Positions 18,250 through 27,657 of a stretch of DNA of 39,794 nt are shown one piece after another. The DNA lies in NCBI GenBank assembly GCA_043798385.1, contig JAZDOU010000426.1, forward strand, positions 1-39,794, written 5' to 3'. Both the position numbers and the translations under genes were made by a program. The notes beneath the pieces are model-generated. The model had not been told where the DNA came from, did not search any database, and saw nothing but the letters and a program-made list of their open reading frames with translations. The stretch is from Pseudomonadota bacterium (GTDB taxonomy: Bacteria > Desulfobacterota > RBG-13-43-22). How positions within the stretch are numbered: position 1 is the stretch's first letter; each line of letters begins with the position of its first letter.

Positions 18250-19023
18250 ATGTCGCCAATAAGAATGCCGGATCTTTCCCCCTGTCTGATCAATCCCAAA
18301 AAATCTCGCCTGGAACCCAGACTTGATGGGCCGGCCCTTATAATCCCCCTTCCCGGTGATTTGCAGCGGGTGGCCGGGTTATTTAAAGAGGCCGGTACCC
18401 TTTCCTTCAAAAATGATTTTTTGAAGGTTTTTCAACTTTCGGATTCCCTCAGGACCATCGGTTTGGCAGGACCCGCTGTGGGGGCCCCCCAGACCATAAT
18501 GATTTTGGAAAAGGTGATTGCCCTTGGGACTCGGCAGGTCATCCTCTTGGGTTGGACCGGGGGGCTTCATCCGGCCCTGTCTCCCGGAGACCTGATTCTT
18601 CCCGATGAGGCCATCAGTGAAGAAGGGACTTCCAGACATTACTCGGACGAATTACGTCCCAAGCCGTCTTTAGGCCTCTTGCAAACCTTGCAGAAGGCCT
18701 TGAAGGAAGAGGGACTCTCCTATAATCAGGGACCGGTCTGGACCACCGATGCCCCCTACCGGGAAACGATAGACAAAGTCAGGGCCTTTCAATCCCAAGG
18801 GGTCCTGGGAGTGGATATGGAGACCTCGGCCTTATTTACCGTCGGGGCCTTTCGAGGGATCGAAACGGCGGCCTTATTGATTGTTTCCGATGATCTTTCC
18901 GGAATGACCTGGCGTCATGGCTTCCGGGAATCCCGGTTTTTAGAGGCCCGGAAACAGGTCTGCCGGTTTTTGGTCCAATTTGTCGTTCGTTCTCCATTCT
19001 CTAAATGTAAAACGGCTCTCTAA
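18250..19023 (+). CDS. Nucleoside phosphorylase (PNP/UDP family 1)
   Basis: 'GPAVGAP', 'EEGTSRHY', 'VWTTDAPYRET', 'VDMETSALF', 'IVSDDL'. Confidence 0.9.
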   Translation: MSPIRMPDLSPCLINPKKSRLEPRLDGPALIIPLPGDLQRVAGLFKEAGTLSFKNDFLKVFQLSDSLRTIGLAGPAVGAPQTIMILEKVIALGTRQVILLGWTGGLHPALSPGDLILPDEAISEEGTSRHYSDELRPKPSLGLLQTLQKALKEEGLSYNQGPVWTTDAPYRETIDKVRAFQSQGVLGVDMETSALFTVGAFRGIETAALLIVSDDLSGMTWRHGFRESRFLEARKQVCRFLVQFVVRSPFSKCKTAL

Positions 19024-19126
19024 AAAGATACCGGTTGATAAATTTGGTCATTGAACACTATGAATTCACAGGGGAAAAGATCTTCCGAGGTCTTTCGGGT
19101 CCAGGTTAATAATTATCCCGGAAAAC

Positions 19127-19155
19127 TTGACAGGTCTTACTTAAAATGGTAGAAG
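19127..19155 (+). promoter_or_regulatory. sigma70 promoter of tRNA-Pro
   Basis: TTGACA-17 nt-TAGAAG with TG extended -10, about 10 nt upstream of the tRNA. Confidence 0.65.
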
Positions 19156-19164
19156 ATAGCTCAT

Positions 19165-19241
19165 CGGGACGTAGCGCAGTCTGGTAGCGCACCTGAATGG
19201 GGTTCAGGGGGCCGCTGGTTCAAATCCAGTCGTCCCGACCA
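19165..19241 (+). tRNA. tRNA-Pro (anticodon GGG)
   Basis: CGGGACG...CGTCCCG-ACCA acceptor stem, D arm GCGCAGTCTGGTAGCGC, anticodon arm CCTGA-ATGGGGT-TCAGG, T arm GCTGGTTCAAATCCAGT; 77 nt with encoded CCA. Confidence 0.98.
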
Positions 19242-19249
19242 GTTGAATC

Positions 19250-19285
19250 AAATGGGTTAGTTCATGAATGAGCTAACCCATTTTT
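19250..19285 (+). terminator. Intrinsic terminator after tRNA-Pro
   Basis: AATGGGTTAGTTCAT-GA-ATGAGCTAACCCATT followed by TTT. Confidence 0.8.
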
Positions 19286-19377
19286 GTTTAGTGGGCAAAT
19301 AGGGTGCAGGCTTCTGAATGATAACCAGGGAACATATTCGATGCCGAGAAAACAAAAGGTAGGGTGATAAGGGACAG

Positions 19378-19415
19378 CGAGCGCATTCCCCGTAGCTTGC
19401 TGCGGGGAGCTTCAA
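19378..19415. repeat. REP-like / IS200-IS605-end-like hairpin
   Basis: TCCCCGTAGC-TT-GCTGCGGGGA followed by GCTTCAA. Confidence 0.55.
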
Positions 19416-19960
19416 AATGACCCTCAAGTTTTTTCAAAAATCCTCATCCCACCGAATTCGACTGTTCACCTACAAACAAACGAAATCATGGCGGCTAAAA
19501 TTTATCGATTACCAAAAGAAATGTGCGATAGAAACTCTTCGAATTCCACCTCCCTCTTTTGATGACAGGATGGGCAAAATTTTGGGGGAAGAAGGGATTA
19601 TTTCCTTGACAGACGGGCGGGCAAGTCCGAAAATATCAAACAATAAAGCAGATCCTGTTCTTATTTGCAGTCGGACTGAGTCTGGTTTTTTCCTTCGGAT
19701 GGTTGGGGAATCTCTCGCCTTTACCATAGCCTTTATTACCATTTTAATATCCTTTGTTTTTTTATGCTGCAAACCGCCTGCCATCCCGTTTATCTTCGGG
19801 AGTCCGCAGTAAAAACAATCCCAACGGATCCGAATAACCAATTTTTCATCAGGTAAGGGGAATTAGAATTCTTTTTATTGGTCGTAGCAACTACAGCCTT
19901 CACCAGGATCAGGGGGCCAATAGTAAAATTTTTATCGAAAGGGATCACGAAAAAAGAGTT

Positions 19961-20191
19961 TTAACCCGATCGCTTGAATATTTCTCGTTCTTCCAGGTTC
20001 AGGGAAGTATAGATCCTTCCTTCTTTTTTGTGAAAGAGTATTTTCTCTTCCCGGGCCAACCAGCTCAAGGCTGGGTAAACGATTTCCCCTTTCTCTTTCA
20101 GAAGTTGGGGGAGCTTTGAAATATCTACCCGTCCTTTCTTCCCCAAGGTCTTCCAAACCCTTCCGGCCATCTCTCCAATAATGTCCGTCAT
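19961..20191 (-). CDS. Small winged-helix protein (DUF2582 family)
   Basis: 'IGEMAGRVWKTL...ALSWLAREEKI' pattern; RBS GGAGG upstream. Confidence 0.8.
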   Translation of the reverse strand: MTDIIGEMAGRVWKTLGKKGRVDISKLPQLLKEKGEIVYPALSWLAREEKILFHKKEGRIYTSLNLEEREIFKRSG

Positions 20192-20464
20192 ACCTTTCCT
20201 CCGAAAACAATCAGGATCGCTATTCTAATTATTCGCCGCAAGGGAAACCCCTTGGGTAAAAAATAAACCTTATTCGTTTGGGCAAGGACGAAAAAGTCAA
20301 TTCTATCAGAAAGATTAGAAAATCGAATATTCAACCCTTCCTTTTCACCGATGAATAAAAATTTTTCATGACCGCTATTTGACGGAATACCCGTAGGCAT
20401 TGAGACAGGTATTCACGGCTCGGTAATATTCCTGATTTTTTTGGGCTTGCTGGGCCTCTGACAT

Positions 20465-20612
20465 ACCCGTTGCCGCTTTGCTCCCATTCTTTGAGTATCT
20501 GGAGCTTCTGCTCGGGGGTCAGTCTTCGGGCTTTTCTTTCGTTGGGGGTCATTAGTTGTACGCTCATTTATCTTCCTCCTCCTTACGATCCTATCATTTA
20601 TTGAGCGTTTCA
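20465..20612 (-). pseudogene. Truncated IS3-type transposase OrfA (HTH) with probable left end
   Basis: 'RKARRLTPEQKLQILKEWEQSGNG' after strong RBS AGGAGGAGG, then the similarity is lost; TG-starting end 'TGAAACGCTCAATAAATGATAGGA' at 20612. Confidence 0.6.
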
Positions 20613-21012
20613 ACCGCCTTTAATAAAAGATCAACATATTCTTTTCAGGTCTAATTACAGTCATATTAATCCCCCCAGACTAAGCAATGAATTGATTTCT
20701 ATCGAATTATAGGCTTCTTTGCGCAGACTGTTCGATTTTGAACGACCTCAGAGTTAATCAGACGAATTAGGAATAAATTTTGTCGATTTGTTCCTAATTA
20801 GCACTAATAATAATCCTAAATAACTCGATTTTGAATTTCTTTCAAATAAAATTTTGAACGAGCCTTTGATGACATTTTAACTTAAATTGGTTTGGTACGG
20901 TCATAACCTGAGTAGATCATGCCTCTAAAAATTAATGATATCAACCAGCTGGATAATCGGCTACTCCTAACACCGGAATGAAAATAAGAAATGAATGTAG
21001 TTTGTCTTTATT

Positions 21013-21027
21013 TGGCATTTTAATTGC
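21013..21027 (+). promoter_or_regulatory. Putative sigma54 (-24/-12) promoter
   Basis: TGGCAT-TTTAA-TTGC matches TGGCAC-N5-TTGC with one mismatch; an IHF-like site TATCAACCAGCTG lies at 20939-20951. Confidence 0.6.
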
Positions 21028-21240
21028 TAATATAAAACTATTCTCCGACAAGACTCAAATAAAAAATACCACCGTTATAAGTCAAGACGATTGGTTACAA
21101 AAACCATTTTATGGTTACGCCGGTTGTCGTCGATGTAGGTCCATGTGGCGGAAATTTCAAGCTGCATGGAAATCTTATTTCCATTAAAATAAGTTATGAA
21201 AATGAAAGAGAGTCCAGAGAAAAATCGAAAAAATTAAAAA

Positions 21241-21558
21241 AGTGGGTATGCACTTTACCCAACCGACCACATAGTGTGGCATGTGGTTATGGAAAAGCGA
21301 ATACATCCAATTGCCGACGTTGACTATCCAGGAGTTTGACGAATGGTTTAGTGGTGAAGACGCTTAATTCGACTACATTTTCCGAAAATGTAAACGGTAA
21401 ACATCGGTAACTGCGGGAACGCTGTTTCACAAGACCCACAAACCGCTGCGAACGTGGTTTCTTGAAATGTGAATCAAGCAGTGGCTTGCGCAGCCGTTCG
21501 ACGTCGAATGATCGTAGGGGGTGGGCCAGAATATGGTTGAGGTACCTGTATACCCACT
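21241..21558 (+). mobile_element. Internally deleted IS1595-family element (pseudogene / MITE-like)
   Basis: Ends AGTGGGTAT / ATACCCACT. Manual translation from 21289: MEKRIHPIADVDYP / QEFDEWFSGEDA*FDYIFR / KCKR*TSVTAGTLFHKTHKPLRTWFLEM* / QAVACAAVRRRMIVGG. These resemble N- and C-terminal IS1595 transposase pieces with the DDE core missing. Confidence 0.8.
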
Positions 21559-21822
21559 ATATAAAAAAATTTCTCCTTGCTTTTTAGGGGGGGATATAAT
21601 TAAAGTAATACGGCGTTGATCCGTTACACGAAGCTTGCGAGGTCGGAGGCCCATGCAAGCGAGTGACATCGGTGTTCGATGGGGTGCTGAAAAGTTACAA
21701 AAAAATAAAAAAACGCACCATTTCCCACTTTTTGGAAATTCAAGCGCAGAAGTTGGCGTTCATAAATAAGGATCAACGCAAACAACCACCAGGCCGGGTA
21801 GCCTCGGCCCAGAGGAGATGCC

Positions 21823-22707
21823 ATGAGCAAAACAAAAGACAAGCGAGAAGCAGCCGTGAAAATAGGCTGTATTCAGATGGAACCGGTCGTCGGTGAGATA
21901 GAAAGCAACGTCCGCAAAACCGTTGAGATGATCAGGGAAGCGGCTGGAAAAGGTGCTAACCTCATTGTTCTCCCCGAGCTTTGCAATTCGGGCTATGTTT
22001 TTGAAAACCGCGAAGAAGCTTTTGAGTTGGCTGAAACGATTCCCGATGGTCCCACCTGCCTGGCCTGGACCGATGTCGCTGCAAAACACGGTCTGCACAT
22101 TGTGGCGGGAATTAACGAACGTGACGGCAGTGTGCTCTATAACTCGTCAGTTGTTATAGGCCCCGAAGGTTATCTTGGGGCTTTCCGCAAGGTACATTTG
22201 TGGAATGAGGAGAATCTTTTCTTTGAGCCGGGGAACCTCGGTTTTCCGGTATTCAAAACGCCTCTTGGGCGTATTGGAACCTTCATTTGCTACGACGGTT
22301 GGTTCCCCGAGAGCTATCGTCTCTGTGCGCTCCAGGGCGCTGATATCATTTGCATCCCGACAAATTGGGTACCTATCCCCGGGCAAGCAAAGAATCGCGA
22401 AGCTATGGCAAACATCCTAGTTATGGCAGCGGCACACTCGAATTCAGTGTTTATCGCAGCTGCCGACCGGATTGGTGTTGAGCGCGGCCAGCCTTTTGTT
22501 GGGCAAAGCATTATTGTTAGTTATAGTGGCTGGCCGATTGGCGGACCCGCGTCTCCAGACGCGGAGGAAATCATTTACGCCGAGGCAAATCTCGCAGACG
22601 CACGGCGCAAACGTAACTGGAACGAATACAACCAGGTTCTGCGAGATAGGCGAACCGATGTTTACGACGAGATGCTCGGTTCGCAAATAGAACCGTGGTG
22701 GTATTGA
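21823..22707 (+). CDS. Nitrilase / carbon-nitrogen hydrolase family amidohydrolase
   Basis: Catalytic triad motifs 'VLPEL' (E), 'FRKVHL' (K), 'FICYDGWFPE' (C); RBS GAGGAG. Confidence 0.93.
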   Translation: MSKTKDKREAAVKIGCIQMEPVVGEIESNVRKTVEMIREAAGKGANLIVLPELCNSGYVFENREEAFELAETIPDGPTCLAWTDVAAKHGLHIVAGINERDGSVLYNSSVVIGPEGYLGAFRKVHLWNEENLFFEPGNLGFPVFKTPLGRIGTFICYDGWFPESYRLCALQGADIICIPTNWVPIPGQAKNREAMANILVMAAAHSNSVFIAAADRIGVERGQPFVGQSIIVSYSGWPIGGPASPDAEEIIYAEANLADARRKRNWNEYNQVLRDRRTDVYDEMLGSQIEPWWY

Positions 22708-22764
22708 ACGGTTCATAACTTTAATTTCACTACAGGGAACTCACAACTAAAAAAGGGGGGCAAC

Positions 22765-24033
22765 ATGAAAGAGAAAAAACAACAGAAGGAGTCAGACATT
22801 ACTCGCCGGAACGCACTTAAGAAAATCGGCCTTATAGGTGGAGGAATAGCTGCAACACTTGCGGCACCGAGAATACCTCTACTCGCTAATGCCTCAAGTA
22901 AACCTATCAAGGTGGGAGTTATCTCGCCTCTTAGTGGTGCTTGGACCGTCTATGGTAAGGCCCACAGCGCTGGTTTCCAGTTGGCTGTAGACGAAATCAA
23001 CGATGCGGGTGGCGTCCTTGGACGCAAAATTGAGCTCGAAATTGCCGATTCAAAGACCGAGCCACGAATCGTCGTTGAGCAAGCAAATAGACTAATTCGG
23101 CAGGAAAAAGTTGATTTTCTCGCTGGTACCTTCAGCAGTGCAGAACGCAACGCTGCTGGGCCGGTTGTAAAAAGTGCGAATAAGATTCTTCTTTATCCTA
23201 CTTTCTACGAAGGTCAAGAGCAGAATTACTACCCTGGTGTTTGCAACAAGAATATATACATGTTCGGCCCCGAGCCGACACAGCAAGTTTGGCCTTTCTT
23301 GGAATACATGATAAAGAAATTTGGTAAAAAGTTCTTTCTGATCGGCTCCGATTACGCTTGGCCTCGGGTCACTAACTTGGTTACTAAGCGGAAGTTGGAA
23401 AAAGTCGGGGGCCAGGTTGTTGGCGAGGTGTACATTCCATTCAACACACCGCAGTACGAATCTGTCTTGAGGAAAATCCGTGCTTCAAGCGCCAATATTA
23501 TTTTTCACAGTCTTACCGGTAGCGACACCATCAACTTCCGTCGCCAGTTGGCTGAGACCGGCATGAAAAAAGATATGATACTATGGACCGTTGATGATGA
23601 AGAAGTAGTCACCACTGGCCTCGGCCCCGAGGCCTCCGCTGGCGATTATGTTAGCTTTGACTACTTCATGACCCTAAAGAACCCGAACAACGAATCGTTC
23701 CTAAAGCGGTTCCGGAAAAAATTCGGCAATGATGCTCTAATGAATACCGTTGGCGTTGCCATGTACAACGCGGCACACATGGCGGCCATGGCGATAAAAA
23801 AGACAGGGAAGGTTAGTACCGAAGCTCTTCGCGAGGGACTGAAAGAGCTAACATTTGATAAGGCTCCGCAAGGAACAGTAAGGATGCGGGGGCTTGACAA
23901 TCAGATGGTGTTGCCTTCCTACTTGATGCGCGTGCGCAAAGGGTGGACGAACTTTGATGATATGTTCGAGGAGGTCCAGTCGCTTAAATCGGTTGAACCT
24001 CTCGATGCTCGTTGTAAACCATTGCCACTTTAG
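22765..24033 (+). CDS. Tat-exported ABC substrate-binding protein, UrtA/AmiC/FmdD-like
   Basis: Twin-arginine 'TRRNALK'; 'IKVGVISPLSG', 'LLYPTFYEG', 'LIGSDYAWPR'. Confidence 0.9.
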   Translation: MKEKKQQKESDITRRNALKKIGLIGGGIAATLAAPRIPLLANASSKPIKVGVISPLSGAWTVYGKAHSAGFQLAVDEINDAGGVLGRKIELEIADSKTEPRIVVEQANRLIRQEKVDFLAGTFSSAERNAAGPVVKSANKILLYPTFYEGQEQNYYPGVCNKNIYMFGPEPTQQVWPFLEYMIKKFGKKFFLIGSDYAWPRVTNLVTKRKLEKVGGQVVGEVYIPFNTPQYESVLRKIRASSANIIFHSLTGSDTINFRRQLAETGMKKDMILWTVDDEEVVTTGLGPEASAGDYVSFDYFMTLKNPNNESFLKRFRKKFGNDALMNTVGVAMYNAAHMAAMAIKKTGKVSTEALREGLKELTFDKAPQGTVRMRGLDNQMVLPSYLMRVRKGWTNFDDMFEEVQSLKSVEPLDARCKPLPL

Positions 24034-24362
24034 CCAGATAAACGAGCAAGGTGCTTCCATTTGCAACGATGCGGTCATAAACTTCAACTTTCGATTCTTT
24101 TAAATTAACGCAGCAGACTCGAAAAATATTTCCTTTGTTAAACCACTAAAAATGCGAATGGTCTCTGCTCGACTTTAACGGGGGCTCCCTTAGCTGTCCG
24201 TTCACTAAAAAAGAAAGCAGATATAGGGTTTCACAAAATTAGAGATTTGGGACGAAGGTTTTAACGAATCGGATTTTATCGCGCTGGCCGGTTTTAACTG
24301 CGGTCAGCGCAACAACAAGTAAAGTCAAATTTACTGCGTTTGCGAGGGTGATTTAACTTATA

Positions 24363-24460
24363 GAGGACCGCAAAAATAATGCAATGGGACCCTCACCATT
24401 CTAACCTGTGTTTAAGGGCGTTTGGTAGTGATCGCCTGTTGCATTATTTATGCTGCTCTC
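24363..24460. mobile_element. 98-bp MITE-like element flanked by TATA
   Basis: GAGGACCGCAAAAATAATGCAA ... TTGCATTATTTATGCTGCTCTC imperfect 22-bp TIRs, with TATA on both sides. Confidence 0.65.
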
Positions 24461-25046
24461 TATAAACTCAAATAAATAACGTTTCCGCCTCCTTGATAAA
24501 TTAGGTATAATTAATAAATTCACATGTATACTAATGTTTTTGTACTTCTCCCTAATACATTAGTAGTGAACAGAATAAGAAGAAAAATATATCTTAAAAC
24601 CGAATTATTGAGTGGGTTCTATTTGAAAGAAGTAGATCATATTTTTTTAGATTTTTTTGTGAGACATCTTATGGGGTGAATTGAAGAGATTGTTTGTGAA
24701 ATATAGAGTCCAGAAGAAACCTTTTTGATTTTGGTAAAGTCACAAATTTGGATTAAGTTTTTGATAGAATTGTAAACGGGAGGAGTAAAATTAACATAAG
24801 GAAAATTCGAGGGGATTGCATAAATACCAAAGAGAGATTTACGAAATAGGATGGCAAAAATTTTTGCCCCTCATCAAAAAGTAGTAAAAACGAGCGTAAG
24901 AGCTGTATTTCAGCGGCATAACTTATTGAATATTAAGACATATTTTGATGGGAGGGCAAGTCAAAAAACAGCTTGCCAGACAACTTAGGAATCACAAACA
25001 GTTGTGTATTTTGTGAAAGGCACAAAGTACTTAAAAGAGGAGGCTT

Positions 25047-25904
25047 TTGAAAATGAACATTGTGCTCAGCGTAGGCATCGACGCAATCCTTATCACTCTT
25101 GTATTGGCGTTCGCGGCCTTTGGCTTGGCGATCATTTTCGGTTTAACAGGGGTAATAAACCTTAGCCATGGTGCGATGTTAACCTTAGGGGCCTATTTTA
25201 TGTGGGCAACCTCGACGGCTGGTATCCCGTTTTTTTTATCGGTTTTGATCGCCGCGGTGGGAGTTGGAGTTTTCGGTTTGATCCTTGAGCACTTCGTTAT
25301 TCGGCATTTTTACGACAAACCTTTCGATACATTATTACTGACTTGGGCCTTTTTCATGATCGTCACCGAATTGATCAAGATTGTTTTCGGCGTCTCTATC
25401 AGAAGTGTTGCCAATCCGCTTCCCGGTGCTTTCAATATTAGCACTTTCGAGTTTCCGATCTACCGCACGTTGATCGCCTTGTTTTCGGTCCTGATTATTG
25501 CCACCACCGTAGTAGTCTTTTATCGAACATCTATCGGGATAAAGATCCGCGCGCTCATACAAAATAGTGAAGCCGCCTGCCTTCTGGGTCTCAATATAGA
25601 TTATTCTTACAAGGTTATTTTCATATTCGGTTCGTTCATAGCGGGTTTATCCGGGGCTCTAATCAGCCCGTTGCTAAGCATTGATCCTTACATCGGCAAC
25701 ATTTTTTTGATCCGCTCCTTCTTCGTTGTTATTGTGGGCGGTATTGGCTACCTCTTTGGCGGCACTTTAGTGGGTAGCTTTCTCATTGGTGGATCCGAGA
25801 CGCTTTTTGCTCTGTTCACAGGCCAAGTTTTCGCTCAGACGGTGGTCTTCGCCCTTGCCATCGTTATCCTTAGGTTTCGGCCCTTTGGAATACTACACTC
25901 TTGA
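25047..25904 (+). CDS. ABC permease, UrtB/LivH type
   Basis: 'GLAIIFGLTGVINLSHG', 'GIKIRALIQNSEAA', 'SFFVVIVGG', 'LRFRPFG'. Confidence 0.93.
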   Translation: MKMNIVLSVGIDAILITLVLAFAAFGLAIIFGLTGVINLSHGAMLTLGAYFMWATSTAGIPFFLSVLIAAVGVGVFGLILEHFVIRHFYDKPFDTLLLTWAFFMIVTELIKIVFGVSIRSVANPLPGAFNISTFEFPIYRTLIALFSVLIIATTVVVFYRTSIGIKIRALIQNSEAACLLGLNIDYSYKVIFIFGSFIAGLSGALISPLLSIDPYIGNIFLIRSFFVVIVGGIGYLFGGTLVGSFLIGGSETLFALFTGQVFAQTVVFALAIVILRFRPFGILHS

Positions 25905-25917
25905 TTAAGGAACTTGT

Positions 25918-26922
25918 GTGAAAATAGAATCGCACTCAATATCGCGGATTTGGATGCCCCGTGGCGAAACATTGACGGCAATCATACTATTTGCTCTGAT
26001 AGCAGCTCTACCAGTTTTTATCTCAGGGTATCCGATTTACATCTTGCCACAATATATGCTTTTCGGAATGCTTGCGATGTCTCTCTCATTGGTCTGGGGC
26101 TTCGCAGGTGCACTGAGCTTCGGTCAGGGTGCTTTTTTCGCTATCGGGGCCTACACCATGGGGCTCACCATGAAGGCGACCTGGATTGTCAACCCTGCAT
26201 ATGTCGGACTTGTCATGAGCGTTGTCATAGGAGGTCTTTTATCTGCCATTGTCGGCTACTTCTTGTTTAGTGCGGGCGTCCGTGGCTCTTACTTTGTCCT
26301 CATTACTATTGCTCTCTCAATCATTACCGAGCAAGTTGCAGTTAGCCAATCACAGATCACAGGTGGCTGGAATGGGATGTTCATCGACCGAATGTCGCTC
26401 ACACTAGGTGATTTATTGCAAGTTTCGTTGAGAAGTGACGCAGCAATCTACTATATAATCCTGCCTATCGTCGGCGCTTCATATTTTTTACTACGTCTCT
26501 TGACCGGGTCTAAAGTAGGCAAGATTCTAATAGGCATCCGGGAGAACGAAGAACGGATCATCTCTCTCGGCTTCAATAGTACGCTATACAAGACTATCGC
26601 CTTTACTATTTCGGGTGCGATTGCCTGTCTCGCAGGTGCATTTTACGGGACCCATGCGGAATTTGTCGCACCATCATCTGGCGGTGTTTTGTTTTCTACT
26701 GAGGTTGTCGTCTGGGTTGCGATAGGTGGTCGAGCCTCTCTTCTAGGAGCCTTGTTGGGGGGGATCGTAGTCTCATTATTTTCAAATTATCTCAGCGCGA
26801 TTTTCCCGCAATATTGGCAGCTAATCCTCGGCTTGGTTTTCTTGGTTGTCATCGTATATTTCAAGGGCGGTGTGGCCGGCGCTTTAAGCCAGTTCTTTAA
26901 CCAGCAGCCGAAAAGGGGGTAA
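25918..26922 (+). CDS. ABC permease, UrtC/LivM type
   Basis: 'LVWGFAGALSFGQGAFFAIGAY', 'TGGWNG', 'GIRENEER', 'VVVWVAIGGRASLLGA'. Confidence 0.93.
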   Translation: MKIESHSISRIWMPRGETLTAIILFALIAALPVFISGYPIYILPQYMLFGMLAMSLSLVWGFAGALSFGQGAFFAIGAYTMGLTMKATWIVNPAYVGLVMSVVIGGLLSAIVGYFLFSAGVRGSYFVLITIALSIITEQVAVSQSQITGGWNGMFIDRMSLTLGDLLQVSLRSDAAIYYIILPIVGASYFLLRLLTGSKVGKILIGIRENEERIISLGFNSTLYKTIAFTISGAIACLAGAFYGTHAEFVAPSSGGVLFSTEVVVWVAIGGRASLLGALLGGIVVSLFSNYLSAIFPQYWQLILGLVFLVVIVYFKGGVAGALSQFFNQQPKRG

Positions 26923-26928
26923 TGGAAT

Positions 26929-27657
26929 ATGGAGGTAATCCTTCGGACAGAGAAGTTAAGCAAGAGGTTCGGAGGTTTGGTTGCCTGCGACAACATTGAC
27001 TTCAGCCTGCCGAAAGGTGCTATCCAATGCATAATAGGACCTAATGGCGCTGGCAAAACGACGTTTATCAGCCTTATCTCAGGGCACCTGCGGCAAAGTT
27101 CAGGTACCATTTGGTTCAAGGACCGTGAAATCACCACAATGTCCTTAATCAAGCGAGCCCAAAAGGGGATCGTTCGAAAGTTTCAAACCCCTACGCTATT
27201 CAACACATTGACAGCTTACGAAAACGTGGAGATCTCTGTTCTAGGAACCAATTGCCCGAGCTATATGCGAAGTTCGCGTGTTCTGGAAGTGCTCGATCTG
27301 GTACGCTTGGCAGATAGTGTCGATACACCGGTGAACAGCCTATCTCACGGCCAGCGCCAGTGGCTTGAGATAGGCCTCCTTATCGCTAACAATGCGGAAA
27401 TCCTCCTGCTCGACGAACCGACGGCAGGAATGACAGCAGAGGAGACTGCTTCAACTGCAGCGCTCTTAGTCAAGTTTGTAGAAGAGTTCAATTATTCGGC
27501 GATCATTATCGAACATGATATCAACTTCATTCGTGAACTCTGTGCTCCAGTTACTGTTCTAAACATGGGGAAAGTTCTCGCTGAAGGCACCTTCGAAGAA
27601 ATCGAAATGGATGAGAAAGTACGAGATGTCTATTTAGGAGAAAATGATGGGGGATAA
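26929..27657 (+). CDS. ABC ATPase, UrtD/LivG type
   Basis: 'IIGPNGAGKTT', 'LSHGQRQWLEIG', 'LLLDEPTAGM', 'IIEHD'. Confidence 0.95.
   Translation: MEVILRTEKLSKRFGGLVACDNIDFSLPKGAIQCIIGPNGAGKTTFISLISGHLRQSSGTIWFKDREITTMSLIKRAQKGIVRKFQTPTLFNTLTAYENVEISVLGTNCPSYMRSSRVLEVLDLVRLADSVDTPVNSLSHGQRQWLEIGLLIANNAEILLLDEPTAGMTAEETASTAALLVKFVEEFNYSAIIIEHDINFIRELCAPVTVLNMGKVLAEGTFEEIEMDEKVRDVYLGENDGG

Noticed and set aside
19417-19841. Overlapping ORFs 19417-19812 (+) and 19509-19841 (-)
   Set aside because: No recognisable family or good RBS; a small membrane peptide on + cannot be excluded but is unsupported
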